Below, one piece after another: positions 23,462 through 33,396 of a stretch of 64,000 bases of DNA. Position numbers and translations under genes: made by a program. The notes under the pieces are model-generated. The model did no database searches, was not told the origin of the DNA, and saw only the letters and a list, made by a program, of their open reading frames with translations. Source of the stretch: Candidatus Eiseniibacteriota bacterium (GTDB lineage Bacteria > Eisenbacteria > RBG-16-71-46); NCBI GenBank assembly GCA_963776245.1, contig CAVZLN010000009.1, forward strand, positions 160,001 through 224,000. The letters run 5' to 3'. Numbering within the stretch: position 1 is the stretch's first letter; every line of letters starts with the position of its first letter.

Positions 23462-24658
23462 ATGCGCTCCCTCACCGCATCACCCCGCCGCGCCGCGTCC
23501 TTCCGGACCCGGCGCTTCTTCGTCCCCGCCGCGCTCCCCGTCCTCGTCCTCGCCACCGTCGCGCTCGGCGCGCCCGGCTGCGCCCCGAAGGGCCGCCCGG
23601 GCGGCGGGTTCGCGATGCCGCCGATGCCGGTCGAGGTGAGCCCGGTCCACTCGCAGGTGGTGCGCGACCAGTTCCGCGCGCTCGGCTCGATCGGCTCGGA
23701 CGCCACCATCGAGGTGGTGGCCGAGATCGCCGCCAAGGTCACCGCGCTGCCCTTCGAGGAGGGCCGGCCGATCGCCGCGAACGGTCTCATCGCGCGCCTC
23801 GACGACCGCGAATTGCAGGCCGAGTACGCCCGCGCCGCCGCGGAGCGCGAGCAGGCGTTCTCCGACCTCGAGCGCGCGCAGAAGCTGTACGCGGAGTCCG
23901 CCATCGCCCAGAAGTCGCTCGACGACGCGCGCACCGCGGCGAGCGTGGCCGACGCTGGATACCTGCTCGCCCGCGCGCGCTTCGAGAAGGCCACCCTGCG
24001 GGCGCCGTTCGCCGGACTGGCGGGGCGCAAGCGCGTCTCGACCGGCGCCTACGTGCGCTCGGGCGACGTCATCACCGACCTGACGCGGGTGGACGAGATG
24101 AAGGTCACGTTCGCCGCGCCCGAGCGCTACGCCGGCACGCTCAAGGCCGGGGTGCCGGTCGAGGTGTCGGTGCCCGCGTTCCCCGGCTTCGGATTCGCGG
24201 GACGCGTGACGGCGGTGGATCCGGTCATCAATCCCCAGACGCGCACCATGCAGGTGCTGGCGCGGCTCCCCAATCGCGGCGGGCGGCTGCGGCCGGGCAT
24301 GTCGGCCGACGTCGCGGTGACGTTCTCCCAGCGCACCCGGGCGCTGGTGGTCCCGGACGAAGCGGTGTTCGCCGAGGGTTCCCAGTCATTCGTGTACCGC
24401 GTCAAGGCGGACAGCACGGTCGAGAAGACCGCGGTCACGCTCGGCACCCGGGACTCGATGCACGTCGAGGTGACGGACGGGCTCTCCGCCGGTGAGACCG
24501 TGGTGCGCGCCGGACATCAGAAGCTCTTCCCCGGCGCCCGGGTGATGCCCATCCCCGAGGGCGGCATTCCGGCGGGCGGGCCCGGCGCGGGCGGCCCGAA
24601 GGGCGGCGACGCGAAGGGCGCGGGCCAGGCCCGCGCGACGGGAGCGCGCACGAAGTGA
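23462..24658 (+). CDS. RND efflux periplasmic adaptor (MFP)
   Basis: Lipoprotein-like N-terminus, LRAPFAG, VDPVINPQTRT, LRPGM and GLSAGETVV. Its stop overlaps the permease start. Confidence 0.9.
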   Translation: MRSLTASPRRAASFRTRRFFVPAALPVLVLATVALGAPGCAPKGRPGGGFAMPPMPVEVSPVHSQVVRDQFRALGSIGSDATIEVVAEIAAKVTALPFEEGRPIAANGLIARLDDRELQAEYARAAAEREQAFSDLERAQKLYAESAIAQKSLDDARTAASVADAGYLLARARFEKATLRAPFAGLAGRKRVSTGAYVRSGDVITDLTRVDEMKVTFAAPERYAGTLKAGVPVEVSVPAFPGFGFAGRVTAVDPVINPQTRTMQVLARLPNRGGRLRPGMSADVAVTFSQRTRALVVPDEAVFAEGSQSFVYRVKADSTVEKTAVTLGTRDSMHVEVTDGLSAGETVVRAGHQKLFPGARVMPIPEGGIPAGGPGAGGPKGGDAKGAGQARATGARTK

Positions 24659-27600
24659 AGCTCAGCGCCACCAGCATCCAGCGTCCCGTCCTCGCGACGG
24701 TGATGAGTCTCACCATCGTGCTGTTCGGGCTCATCTCGTTCACCTTCCTGCCGGTGCGCGAGTACCCGGACATCGACTCGCCGGTGGTCTCGGTCACCAC
24801 CTTCTATCGCGGCGCCAACCCGCAGGTGGTCGAGACCGAGATCACCGACGTGCTCGAGGAGCAGCTCTCCACCATCGAGGGCGTGAAGCTCATCACCTCG
24901 TCTTCGCAGGAGCAGGTCTCGCGCGTCACCATCGAGTTCAATCTGAATCGCGACGTGGACAAGGCCGCCAACGACGTCCGCGACCGCGTCTCGCGGGTCC
25001 GCGGCTCGCTCCCGTCCACCGTGGACGAGCCGGTGGTGGCCAAGCAGGACGTCAACGCGCAGCCCATCATGTGGCTGGCGCTGAGCGGGCCCTACTCCGC
25101 GCTCGAGATGTCCGACCTGGCCGAGAACATCCTGGCCGAGAAGCTCCAGCGTCTCGAGGGCGTCGGGGCGGTGTTCATCGGCGGCAGCCGCCGGTACGCG
25201 ATGCGCGTGTGGCTCGACCCGCAGCGGCTGGCATCGCACGACCTCACCGTGAGCGATGTCGAGCGCGCGCTGCGCGCCGAGAACGCCGAGATCCCCTCCG
25301 GGCGCGTGGAGGGCGCGGGGCGCGAGTTCGCGGTGCGCACGCGCGGCGACCTGACGCGCCCCGAGGAGTTCTCGGCCATCGTCGTCTCCCAGGGCGCCGG
25401 CGGCCCGGTGCGGCTCGGGGACGTGGCCCGGGTGGAGCTGGGCGCGGCCGACGAGCGCTCCACGGCGCGCTACAACGGCACGCCGGCGGTGGGACTGGGC
25501 GTGGTGAAGCAGCAGAAGGCGAGCACGGTGGACGTGGCGCACGCGGTGAAGCGCGCCCTGCCCGAGCTGCGCGCGCAGCTGCCCGCGGGGATGAAGCTCG
25601 AGGCGGCGTTCGACTCCTCGACCTTCATCGAGGACGCGATGCGGGACGTGGCCTGGACGCTGCTGGTCGCCGTCCTGCTGGTGTTCCTCGTGGTGTACGT
25701 GTTCCTCGGCTCGCTGCGCGCGACGCTGATCCCCGCCATCGCCATCCCGGTGTCGATCATCGGGACCTTCAGCGTCACCTACTTCCTCGGCTTCAGCTTC
25801 AACATCCTCACCCTGCTCGCACTGGTGCTCGCCATCGGCCTGGTGGTGGACGACGCGATCGTCATGCTCGAGAACGTCTACCGCCATCTCGAGATGGGCA
25901 AGCCGCGCATGCAGGCCGCGTTCGAGGCGGCGTCCGAGATCGGGTTCGCCATCCTCGCCACCACCATCACCCTGGTGGCGGTGTTCGTGCCGGTCGCGTT
26001 CCTCTCGGGCCGCGTCGGCCGGCTGTTCAACGAATTCGGGATCGCGGTCGCGGTGTCGGTGCTGATCTCCGGATTCGTCGCGCTCACGCTCACGCCGATG
26101 CTGTGCTCGCGGATGCTGCGCCGCCACGAGATCGGGCACACCTCCGAGGAGGCCGAGGCGGCGCTCGCGGCGGCCCGGACCGGCGCGCCCCCCGATCCCA
26201 CGCCGGCGCGGGGCGGCGGCTGGCGCGGCGGCTTCGACCGCGGGTTCGACCGGCTGCTGGGCGCCTACGACGCCACGCTGCGCTGGGCGGTGCACCACCG
26301 CGTCGCGGTGGTCGCGAGCGCGCTGGTGGTGACCGCGACCATCGGTCTGTTCTTCCGGCTGCTGCCCTCGGAACTGGTCCCGACCGAGGACCGCGGCCTG
26401 GTGTTCAACATCCTGTTCGCGCCGGAAGGCGCCACGCTCGCGTACACCGACCGCTACATGCTCATGGCCGAGGCGGTCTACCAGGGCCTGCCCGAGGCCG
26501 AGAGCCGGTTCACCGCGATCGGTCTGAGCCAGGGCGGCGGAGGGCGGGTCACCGACGGCTTCATGTTCGTGCGCCTCAAGCCCTACGACCAGCGCAAGCG
26601 CTCCCAGCAGGAGATCGTCAAGGCGATGTTCCCCCGCATGATGGGGATCCCCGGCGTGCTCGCCATCCCGATCAATCCGCCCAGCCTCGGCGGCGGCTTC
26701 GGGCGTCCGGTGCAGTTCGTCCTGCTCGCCGACACCTACGACGAGCTCCAGCGCTCGGTGACCCTGATGATGGGCGAGCTCCAGAAGCTCGGCTACCTGA
26801 TCAACATCGACTCCGATCTCAAGCTCAACAAGCCGCAGCTCGAGGTCACCATCGACCGCGACCGGGCCGCCGCGCTCGGCGTGTCGGTGACCGACATCGG
26901 CGGCACGCTCCAGACCCTGCTCGGGGGCCGCGAGGCGACGCGCTTCAAGCTCGGCAGCCGGCAGTACGACGTGCTGCTCCAGATGCCCTCGCGCGACCGC
27001 TCGGACCCGGGGATCATCGACGGCCTGTACGTGCGCGGCCGCGACGGCCTGGTGCAGATGTCGAGCCTGGTGCGGGTGGAGGAGAAGGTGTCCCCGCGCG
27101 AGCTCAATCACTTCAACCGCGTGCGCTCGGCCACGCTCCAGGCCAACCTGGTCCCCGGCGTGACCATCGGCACCGCGCTCGCGGGCGTGCGCGGCGCGGC
27201 CCGGCGCGCGCTGCCGCCGGGCGTGCGCACCGACCTCGCCGGCGAGTCGCGTGAGTTCGCCGAGTCGAGCGGCGGGCTCTACTTCCTGTTCGTGATCGCG
27301 CTGCTGTTCATCTACCTGGTGCTCGCCGCCCAGTTCGAGAGCTTCGCCCACCCGCTCACCATCCTGCTCTCGGTGCCGCTGGCGGTGTTCGGGGCGCTGG
27401 TCACGCTGTTCGTGTTCCGCATGTCGCTCAACGTGTACTCGCAGATCGGGCTCATCATGCTGATCGGCCTGGTGACGAAGAACGCCATCCTGATCGTCGA
27501 GTACGCCAATCAGCGCCGCGCCCGCGGGATCGAGACCATCGAGGCGGTGATCGGCGCCGCGAAGATCCGCCTGCGCCCGATCCTCATGACCACGCTCACC

Positions 27601-27810
27601 ACGGTGTTCGGCGTGCTGCCCATCGCGCTCGGGCTGGGCGCCGGCGCCGAGAGCCGCAAACCGCTCGGGATGGCGGTGGTGGGCGGCATGCTCTTCTCCA
27701 CCTTCCTGACCCTGGTGCTGGTCCCGGTGGTGTACACGCTGCTCGCGCGCTTCACGCCGGTGAAGCACGTCGTGCATGACCCCGTCGAGGGCGCTGCCGT
27801 CCCGTCCTGA
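24655..27810 (+). CDS. RND efflux permease (AcrB/MdtBC family)
   Basis: 1051 aa with LPVREYPDID, AIGLVVDDAIVMLEN, GLVTKNAILIVE and RLRPILMT. Confidence 0.95.
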   Translation: MKLSATSIQRPVLATVMSLTIVLFGLISFTFLPVREYPDIDSPVVSVTTFYRGANPQVVETEITDVLEEQLSTIEGVKLITSSSQEQVSRVTIEFNLNRDVDKAANDVRDRVSRVRGSLPSTVDEPVVAKQDVNAQPIMWLALSGPYSALEMSDLAENILAEKLQRLEGVGAVFIGGSRRYAMRVWLDPQRLASHDLTVSDVERALRAENAEIPSGRVEGAGREFAVRTRGDLTRPEEFSAIVVSQGAGGPVRLGDVARVELGAADERSTARYNGTPAVGLGVVKQQKASTVDVAHAVKRALPELRAQLPAGMKLEAAFDSSTFIEDAMRDVAWTLLVAVLLVFLVVYVFLGSLRATLIPAIAIPVSIIGTFSVTYFLGFSFNILTLLALVLAIGLVVDDAIVMLENVYRHLEMGKPRMQAAFEAASEIGFAILATTITLVAVFVPVAFLSGRVGRLFNEFGIAVAVSVLISGFVALTLTPMLCSRMLRRHEIGHTSEEAEAALAAARTGAPPDPTPARGGGWRGGFDRGFDRLLGAYDATLRWAVHHRVAVVASALVVTATIGLFFRLLPSELVPTEDRGLVFNILFAPEGATLAYTDRYMLMAEAVYQGLPEAESRFTAIGLSQGGGGRVTDGFMFVRLKPYDQRKRSQQEIVKAMFPRMMGIPGVLAIPINPPSLGGGFGRPVQFVLLADTYDELQRSVTLMMGELQKLGYLINIDSDLKLNKPQLEVTIDRDRAAALGVSVTDIGGTLQTLLGGREATRFKLGSRQYDVLLQMPSRDRSDPGIIDGLYVRGRDGLVQMSSLVRVEEKVSPRELNHFNRVRSATLQANLVPGVTIGTALAGVRGAARRALPPGVRTDLAGESREFAESSGGLYFLFVIALLFIYLVLAAQFESFAHPLTILLSVPLAVFGALVTLFVFRMSLNVYSQIGLIMLIGLVTKNAILIVEYANQRRARGIETIEAVIGAAKIRLRPILMTTLTTVFGVLPIALGLGAGAESRKPLGMAVVGGMLFSTFLTLVLVPVVYTLLARFTPVKHVVHDPVEGAAVPS

Positions 27811-27865
27811 TCGGGAGCGGTCGGACGCGATCCGGCACGCCCCCCGCGGCCGGGCGCCGCGCGCA

Positions 27866-28516
27866 TCAGGGGTGTTCCGGAGCCGCCTCGCGCTTGAGCC
27901 GTCGGCCGATCAGATCCACCACCAGATAGAGGACGAACAGCACGGCCGCGGCGGCGACGAACCAGAGCAGCTTCTGCTTGAGCACGTGCGTCAGCGCCGC
28001 GGGGTCCTGCAGCAGGCGCGGCTCCTCGCCGAGCACCCGGGCGCCGAACCACGCCAGCACGGTGCTCCACACCAGCGAGCCGAGCAGCGTCATGGTGGTG
28101 AACACGCCGAACGGCATGCGCGCCGCCCCCGCGGGCAGCGATACCAGGTGGCGCACCACCGGCAGCAGGCGCGCAAAGAAGATCCCCGCCGCCGAGTAGT
28201 GGTTGATCCAGTTCTCGGCCAGCAGCCATTTCTTCTCCGGCACGAACACGTACCGGCCGTACTTCAGGATCAGCGGGCGCCCGAGCGCGCGGGCGACCCC
28301 GTACGAGATCGCCGAGCCCAGCCACGAGCCGAGGGTCGCGGCCGCGACCACGCCCCAGAAGTGCATCCGCCCCTGGGTCGCCCAGTACGCCGCGGGCGGC
28401 ACGACCAGCTCGCTCGGCAGCGGGAACACCGTGGACTCGATGGCCATCAGCAGGGCCACGCCGGCGTAGCCCCAGTCATGCACCAGCCGGAACCAGACGC
28501 CCACCAGGTCGTGCAC
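27866..28516 (-). CDS. DedA family membrane protein
   Basis: LMAIESTVFPLPSE and FFARLLPVVRHLVSLPAG. Confidence 0.9.
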   Translation of the reverse strand: MHDLVGVWFRLVHDWGYAGVALLMAIESTVFPLPSELVVPPAAYWATQGRMHFWGVVAAATLGSWLGSAISYGVARALGRPLILKYGRYVFVPEKKWLLAENWINHYSAAGIFFARLLPVVRHLVSLPAGAARMPFGVFTTMTLLGSLVWSTVLAWFGARVLGEEPRLLQDPAALTHVLKQKLLWFVAAAAVLFVLYLVVDLIGRRLKREAAPEHP

Positions 28517-28519
28517 GCG

Positions 28520-29419
28520 CTACTCCCCCTTCCGCGCCGCCGCGGCGGCGTGCCCCGCGACCGGGCTGGCCGAGGGGATGGTCTCGGCCCACGCGAAATC
28601 GTCCCCGTCGGCCACCGGCCGGGCGGACGCGATCGCCGGGTCGTGCTCGAGCATCACCCACGCACCCTCCGCCGCGGCGCGCGCGAGCATGGCGCGCTTC
28701 TCGCCCATGATCTCGAGCGCCGCCACGTCGTAGCCCATCACGAACGGCACGCGCACGTGGGAGGCGGTCGGGATCAGGTCGGCGACGAAGTAGAGCGCGC
28801 CCTCGGGGCCCGAGACGCGCACCCCCTGCTGGCCGCGCGTGTGGCCATCGAAAGTGAACACCTCGAGCCCCGGCCACGGCGTGTGCGCGCCCTCCCACAG
28901 CGTCAGCACGCCCGCCTCCATCAGGGGGTCGAAGTTCTCGGGCAGGTAGGAGGCCCGCTCGCGCGGATTCGGAGCGTGGGCGTTCTCCCAGTTGCGGCGC
29001 TGGACGTGGTAGCGGGCGCGCGGCAGCCGGGGGCTCAGGCGCCCGTCATCGCGGCGCGTCGAGCCGCCGGCGTGGTCGAAGTGCAGGTGGGTGAGCACCA
29101 CGTCGGTCACGTCGTCCACCCCCAGGCCGAGCGCACCGAGCGCGTCCTCGAGCGTGGGCACACCGCTCTCGATCCCGTAGATGTCCGCCAGTTTGGGCGC
29201 GAACTTCGTCCCGATGCCGTCGTCCACCAGGATGCGGCGCCCCTCGCCGGTGAGGAGCAGGCAGCGCATCGCGAGCCGGATGCGGTTGCGGTCGTCGGCC
29301 GGGTTGGTGCGATTCCAGAGGGTCTTCGGCACCGAGCCGAACATGGCGCCGCCATCGAGCCACAGGTAGCCGGTCTCGAGCGCGTGCACCGTCCAGGGTC
29401 CCAGAGTGCGTGCGAGCAT
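28520..29419 (-). CDS. MBL-fold metallo-hydrolase (YtnP-like)
   Basis: LDGGAMFG.VPK.LW, THLHFDHAGG, GHT.G and ADLIP. Confidence 0.9.
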   Translation of the reverse strand: MLARTLGPWTVHALETGYLWLDGGAMFGSVPKTLWNRTNPADDRNRIRLAMRCLLLTGEGRRILVDDGIGTKFAPKLADIYGIESGVPTLEDALGALGLGVDDVTDVVLTHLHFDHAGGSTRRDDGRLSPRLPRARYHVQRRNWENAHAPNPRERASYLPENFDPLMEAGVLTLWEGAHTPWPGLEVFTFDGHTRGQQGVRVSGPEGALYFVADLIPTASHVRVPFVMGYDVAALEIMGEKRAMLARAAAEGAWVMLEHDPAIASARPVADGDDFAWAETIPSASPVAGHAAAAARKGE

Positions 29420-29547
29420 GGCCGGCAGGATGCGCGAGGAGCGTCGGCGCGGTCAAACCCTCCCGGGCCCGTGGAGCGAACGCTTCGGGCGCGCCCGTTG
29501 GTGCCAGGCGCGCCCGTCACGTGGGCGGGGCTCCGGGGGGGAGGTTC

Positions 29548-30327
29548 CTACTTGCGGTACCGCGCTTTGAGCTGGCCGAAGGTGAGCGGACTGGCCGGAG
29601 TGGCACCGAACGCCGTCACTTCGAAGACCAGATCGTTGAAGTCGTTGTCGGTGCCCGAGCAGCAGGCGGTCGGATTGGGTCCGCTGTCGAGATCCTCGAA
29701 GCAGACCAGCCACGTCTGCAACCCGCCTCCAGCCTTGACGGTCGAGAGGTTGGTGATGTCGAACACCAGCGCCTGCACGTCCCCGTCGAACGGCTCGTGG
29801 AGGGCGCCCGAGCCGTCCGGCCCGCGGTCATTGAACAAGCGGTTGGTGAAGAACACCTCGGGCTGAGGGGCGTTGGGGGCATCTCCCGCGCCGTTGGGGT
29901 CGAGGTAGAAGCCGAACTTGGTCATCGGGCGGTCGAAGGTGACGAACGACGTCGAGCCGGGGCCGTCGAGACCATCGAACACGACGCCGTCGCCGACGCC
30001 GTCGATGACCGGCTTGGGGCCGCCCTCGAGATACCAGCCGACCACGTTGTAGTCCCGGTTGCCCGCGATCTCCTGGATCAGCAGCGTGGTGAAGTGGGAG
30101 TCCACCCAGAACCACGGGTCGATGTCCCCCGGATGCGCGCCGATGTAGTCGGTCGCCACGTTCAGGGCACCCGGGCCGTAGCGCGCGTCGAGGATGTGCT
30201 GCAGCGACTGACTGGGGCCATCCCACGACGAGCCGAACACCACCGATACGATGGCATGGGCAGGGCTGGCGATCGTCAGCAGCCCGGCGATGGATGAAGT
30301 CAGACACAGCTGCGCCCACACCTTCAT
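29548..30327 (-). CDS. Secreted protein with DUF4114-like acidic domain and C-terminal TFGQLKARYRK tail
   Basis: Signal peptide ending ASPAHA, FEDL...DNDFNDLVF motif, and AGGAGA RBS upstream of the ATG. Confidence 0.75.
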   Translation of the reverse strand: MKVWAQLCLTSSIAGLLTIASPAHAIVSVVFGSSWDGPSQSLQHILDARYGPGALNVATDYIGAHPGDIDPWFWVDSHFTTLLIQEIAGNRDYNVVGWYLEGGPKPVIDGVGDGVVFDGLDGPGSTSFVTFDRPMTKFGFYLDPNGAGDAPNAPQPEVFFTNRLFNDRGPDGSGALHEPFDGDVQALVFDITNLSTVKAGGGLQTWLVCFEDLDSGPNPTACCSGTDNDFNDLVFEVTAFGATPASPLTFGQLKARYRK

Positions 30328-30693
30328 CAGGACAGTCTCCTAGAGTCGATGTACGGGGGGTGGATCCATCCACCGGTTGACCGGCGGTCTCCCCGCGCCA
30401 GCAAGGGGGGGTACATCAAAGGGCAGGCGCGGGTCTCTTTTTCGCGTAAGGAGTGTAGCAGGCCTCTATTCTGTAACTCAATGCGTATTTCTACTCACCT
30501 CGTGCGCCGTCCGCTGCCGTCGAGCCGCGCTCAGAGGCGGCCCCGACCGGGTTTGCGCCGGCGGGGCCACAACACCCCGCACCGGGTCATTACCCCACTG
30601 CCGCGGAATCGTTCCAGCGGACCGGAGCGGATCGCGACAGATCGTTGACGACGCTCTCAGATGAAGGGGCTCCGTTCGGGATTCAGGTCGATT

Positions 30694-32088
30694 TCAGAGG
30701 TGGATGGCGCGCCCGGCCACCGCCAGGGCGGCTTCCTTCACCGCCTCCGGCAGGGTGGGATGCGCGTGCACCGAGCGCGCGACGTCCTCGGCGCTGGCGC
30801 CCATCTCCATCGCGAAGGCGAGCTCCGCGATCAGGGTGCTCGCCTGCGGGCCCACGATGTGGGCGCCCACGATGCGGTCGGTCCCGGCGTCGGCGAGGAT
30901 CTTCACCTGCCCATCGCGCTCGTTCATCGCCCGCGCGCGGCCGTTGGCGAGGAAGGGGAACACCCCCACGTTCACCGCCCTTCCCTGCTCCTCCGCCTGC
31001 TCCTGGGTCAGCCCCACCCCCGCCAGCTCGGGCCACGTGTACACCACGTTCGGGATGCATTCGTACGCCACGTGCCCGGCGAGCCCGGCCATGCGCTCGA
31101 CCGCCGCGATGCCCTCCTCCTCGGCCTTGTGGGCGAGCATCGGGCCGGCGACCACGTCACCGATGGCGTACACGCCGGGCACGCTGGTCGCGTAGCGCGC
31201 GTCCACCACGATGCGCCCTCCGATGTCGAGCGCGATCCCCATCTCGCGCACGCCCAGCCCCTCGGTGTACGGGCGGCGGCCGACCGCGACCAGCAGCGCG
31301 TCGCAGCGCTCCTCGTGCGTCTCGCCGCTGGACTCGACCGTGACGGCCACGGTCTCGCCCTCCACCCGTGCCGCCTTCGCCGCGGCCCCGAAGGTGAAGG
31401 TGAGCCCCTGCTTCTCGAGCGCCCTGCGCAGCAGGTCAGCGCTCTGCCGGTCGGCGCCCGGCACGATGCGGTCGAGGAACTCGATCACGTGCACCTCGGC
31501 GCCGAGGCGGCGCCAGACCGAGCCCAGCTCGAGCCCGATGGCGCCGGCACCGATCACCAGCAGGCGTCCGGGCACCTCCTGGAACGCCAACGCGCCGGTC
31601 GAGTGGACGATGCGCCGGCCGTCGAAGGCGATGCCCGGTAGCGCCGCCGGCTGGCTGCCGGTGGCGATGAGCACACGCCCCGCCGTGAGCGCGCGCACGC
31701 CGTCCGGGCCCGTGACCTCGACCGTGGTCGGGCTCGCCAGGCGCGCCACCCCCTGCACGCGCGTCACGCCGTTCTTCTTGAACAGGCCGTCGATGCCCTG
31801 CACCAGCCCGCGCACCACCGACTCCTTGCGCTTGAGCAGGGTCGCGAGGTCGAGCGTCACGCTCGCCCGGACCCCGTGCGCGGCGAGGCGGTCGCGCGCG
31901 TGGGCGTAGTGCTCGCTCGAGTCGAGCAGCGCCTTGCTCGGGATGCAGCCCACGTTCAGGCAGGTGCCCCCGAGCGTCGCGTACCGCTCGACGCACGCCA
32001 CGGCCATGCCGAGCTGGGCGGCGCGGATCGCGGCCACGTATCCCCCGGGTCCGGCGCCGATGACCACCAGGTCGAAGGAGTCGCTCAT
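30694..32088 (-). CDS. lpdA: Dihydrolipoyl dehydrogenase (E3)
   Basis: GAGPGGY, GGTCLNVGCIPSK, GAGAIGLE, MLAHKA and HAHPTLPE. Confidence 0.97.
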   Translation of the reverse strand: MSDSFDLVVIGAGPGGYVAAIRAAQLGMAVACVERYATLGGTCLNVGCIPSKALLDSSEHYAHARDRLAAHGVRASVTLDLATLLKRKESVVRGLVQGIDGLFKKNGVTRVQGVARLASPTTVEVTGPDGVRALTAGRVLIATGSQPAALPGIAFDGRRIVHSTGALAFQEVPGRLLVIGAGAIGLELGSVWRRLGAEVHVIEFLDRIVPGADRQSADLLRRALEKQGLTFTFGAAAKAARVEGETVAVTVESSGETHEERCDALLVAVGRRPYTEGLGVREMGIALDIGGRIVVDARYATSVPGVYAIGDVVAGPMLAHKAEEEGIAAVERMAGLAGHVAYECIPNVVYTWPELAGVGLTQEQAEEQGRAVNVGVFPFLANGRARAMNERDGQVKILADAGTDRIVGAHIVGPQASTLIAELAFAMEMGASAEDVARSVHAHPTLPEAVKEAALAVAGRAIHL

Positions 32089-32106
32089 CGGAGGTGCGCC
32101 CCTTCC

Positions 32107-33396
32107 TCAGACATCGAGCAGCATGCGCCCGGGATCCTCGAGGCGCTCCTTCACCTTCACCAGGAAGGTGACCGACTGCTCGCCGTCCACCACGCGGTGG
32201 TCGTAGGACAGCGCCACGTACATCATCGGGCGGATCAGCACCTGGTCGCCGAGGGCGATCGGACGCTTCTCGATCTTGTGCATGCCGAGGATGCCGCTCT
32301 GCGGCGGATTGAGGATGGGAGTCGAGAGCAGGCTGCCGTACACCCCGCCATTCGAGATCGTGAACGTGCCCCCCATGAGCTCGTCGAGCGTGATGCTGCC
32401 GTCTCTCGCGCGCGCGGCGAGGCGCGCGATCTCGCGCTCGATGCCCGCCAGGCCGAGGGTGTCGGCGCGCCGGACCACCGGCACCACCAGTCCCCGGTCG
32501 GTCCCGACCGCCACCCCCAGGTGCACGTGGCGGTGGTAGACCAGGTCGGTGCCGCGGATCTCGGCGTTGATCTCCGGGACCTCGCCGAGCGCCAGCACGC
32601 AGGCACGGGTGAAGAAGCCCATCAGGCCCAGCCGCACGCCGTGGCGCTTCTCGAAGGACTCCCGGTGGCGGGCGCGCAGGTCGAGCACCGCGCTCATGTC
32701 GATCTCGTTGAACGTGGTGAGGATCGCCGCGGTCTGCTGGGCCTTCACCAGCCGCTCGGCGATGCGCTGGCGGATGCGGGTCATGGGCACCACGCGCTCG
32801 TCCTCGGGGGCGAGCGCGTCGCTCGCGCCGGGCGGGGGCGCGGCCGCGGAAGCGGGCTCGGCCGCCGACGACCCGCGGGGAGCGGACGCCGCAGCCGCGG
32901 CCGGCGCGGCGGGCCCGCCTGCGGCGGCGCGCAGCGCGTCCTCCTTGAGCACCCGGCCGCCCCAGCCGGTCGCCTCGACGCGCGACAGGTCGAGCCCGCG
33001 TTCGGCGGCGATGCGTCGCACCGACGGTCCATGCGGCGGATCGGCCGCCGGCGGGATCGCGGGCGCCACCCGGGCCACGGCAGCCGGTGCGGCGACGGGC
33101 ATTTCCGGCGCGCCGGACGGCCCGGGCGACGGCGGCGTGGCCGTGGCGCGGGCGGGGGCCGCGCCCGGTTCGATGCGCGCGAGCACGTCGTTCACCTGGA
33201 CCGTCTCGCCGACCTGGCGCGCGTGGCGCAGCACGCCGCTCTCATCGGCGGGGATCTCCACCGCGGCCTTGTCGGTCTCGAGCGTGGCCACCGCCTCGCC
33301 GGTGCGCACCTCGGCGCCATCCGGCTTGAGCCACTCCACCAGCACCGCCTCCGAGATGGACTCGGCGAGGCGCGGGACCTTGACATCGACGCTCAT
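32107..33396 (-). CDS. sucB: 2-oxoglutarate dehydrogenase E2 (dihydrolipoamide succinyltransferase)
   Basis: Lipoyl motif LETDKA, RIAERL, LTTFNE and [12 protein letters not shown] overlap with the sucA stop. Confidence 0.95.
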   Translation of the reverse strand: MSVDVKVPRLAESISEAVLVEWLKPDGAEVRTGEAVATLETDKAAVEIPADESGVLRHARQVGETVQVNDVLARIEPGAAPARATATPPSPGPSGAPEMPVAAPAAVARVAPAIPPAADPPHGPSVRRIAAERGLDLSRVEATGWGGRVLKEDALRAAAGGPAAPAAAAASAPRGSSAAEPASAAAPPPGASDALAPEDERVVPMTRIRQRIAERLVKAQQTAAILTTFNEIDMSAVLDLRARHRESFEKRHGVRLGLMGFFTRACVLALGEVPEINAEIRGTDLVYHRHVHLGVAVGTDRGLVVPVVRRADTLGLAGIEREIARLAARARDGSITLDELMGGTFTISNGGVYGSLLSTPILNPPQSGILGMHKIEKRPIALGDQVLIRPMMYVALSYDHRVVDGEQSVTFLVKVKERLEDPGRMLLDV

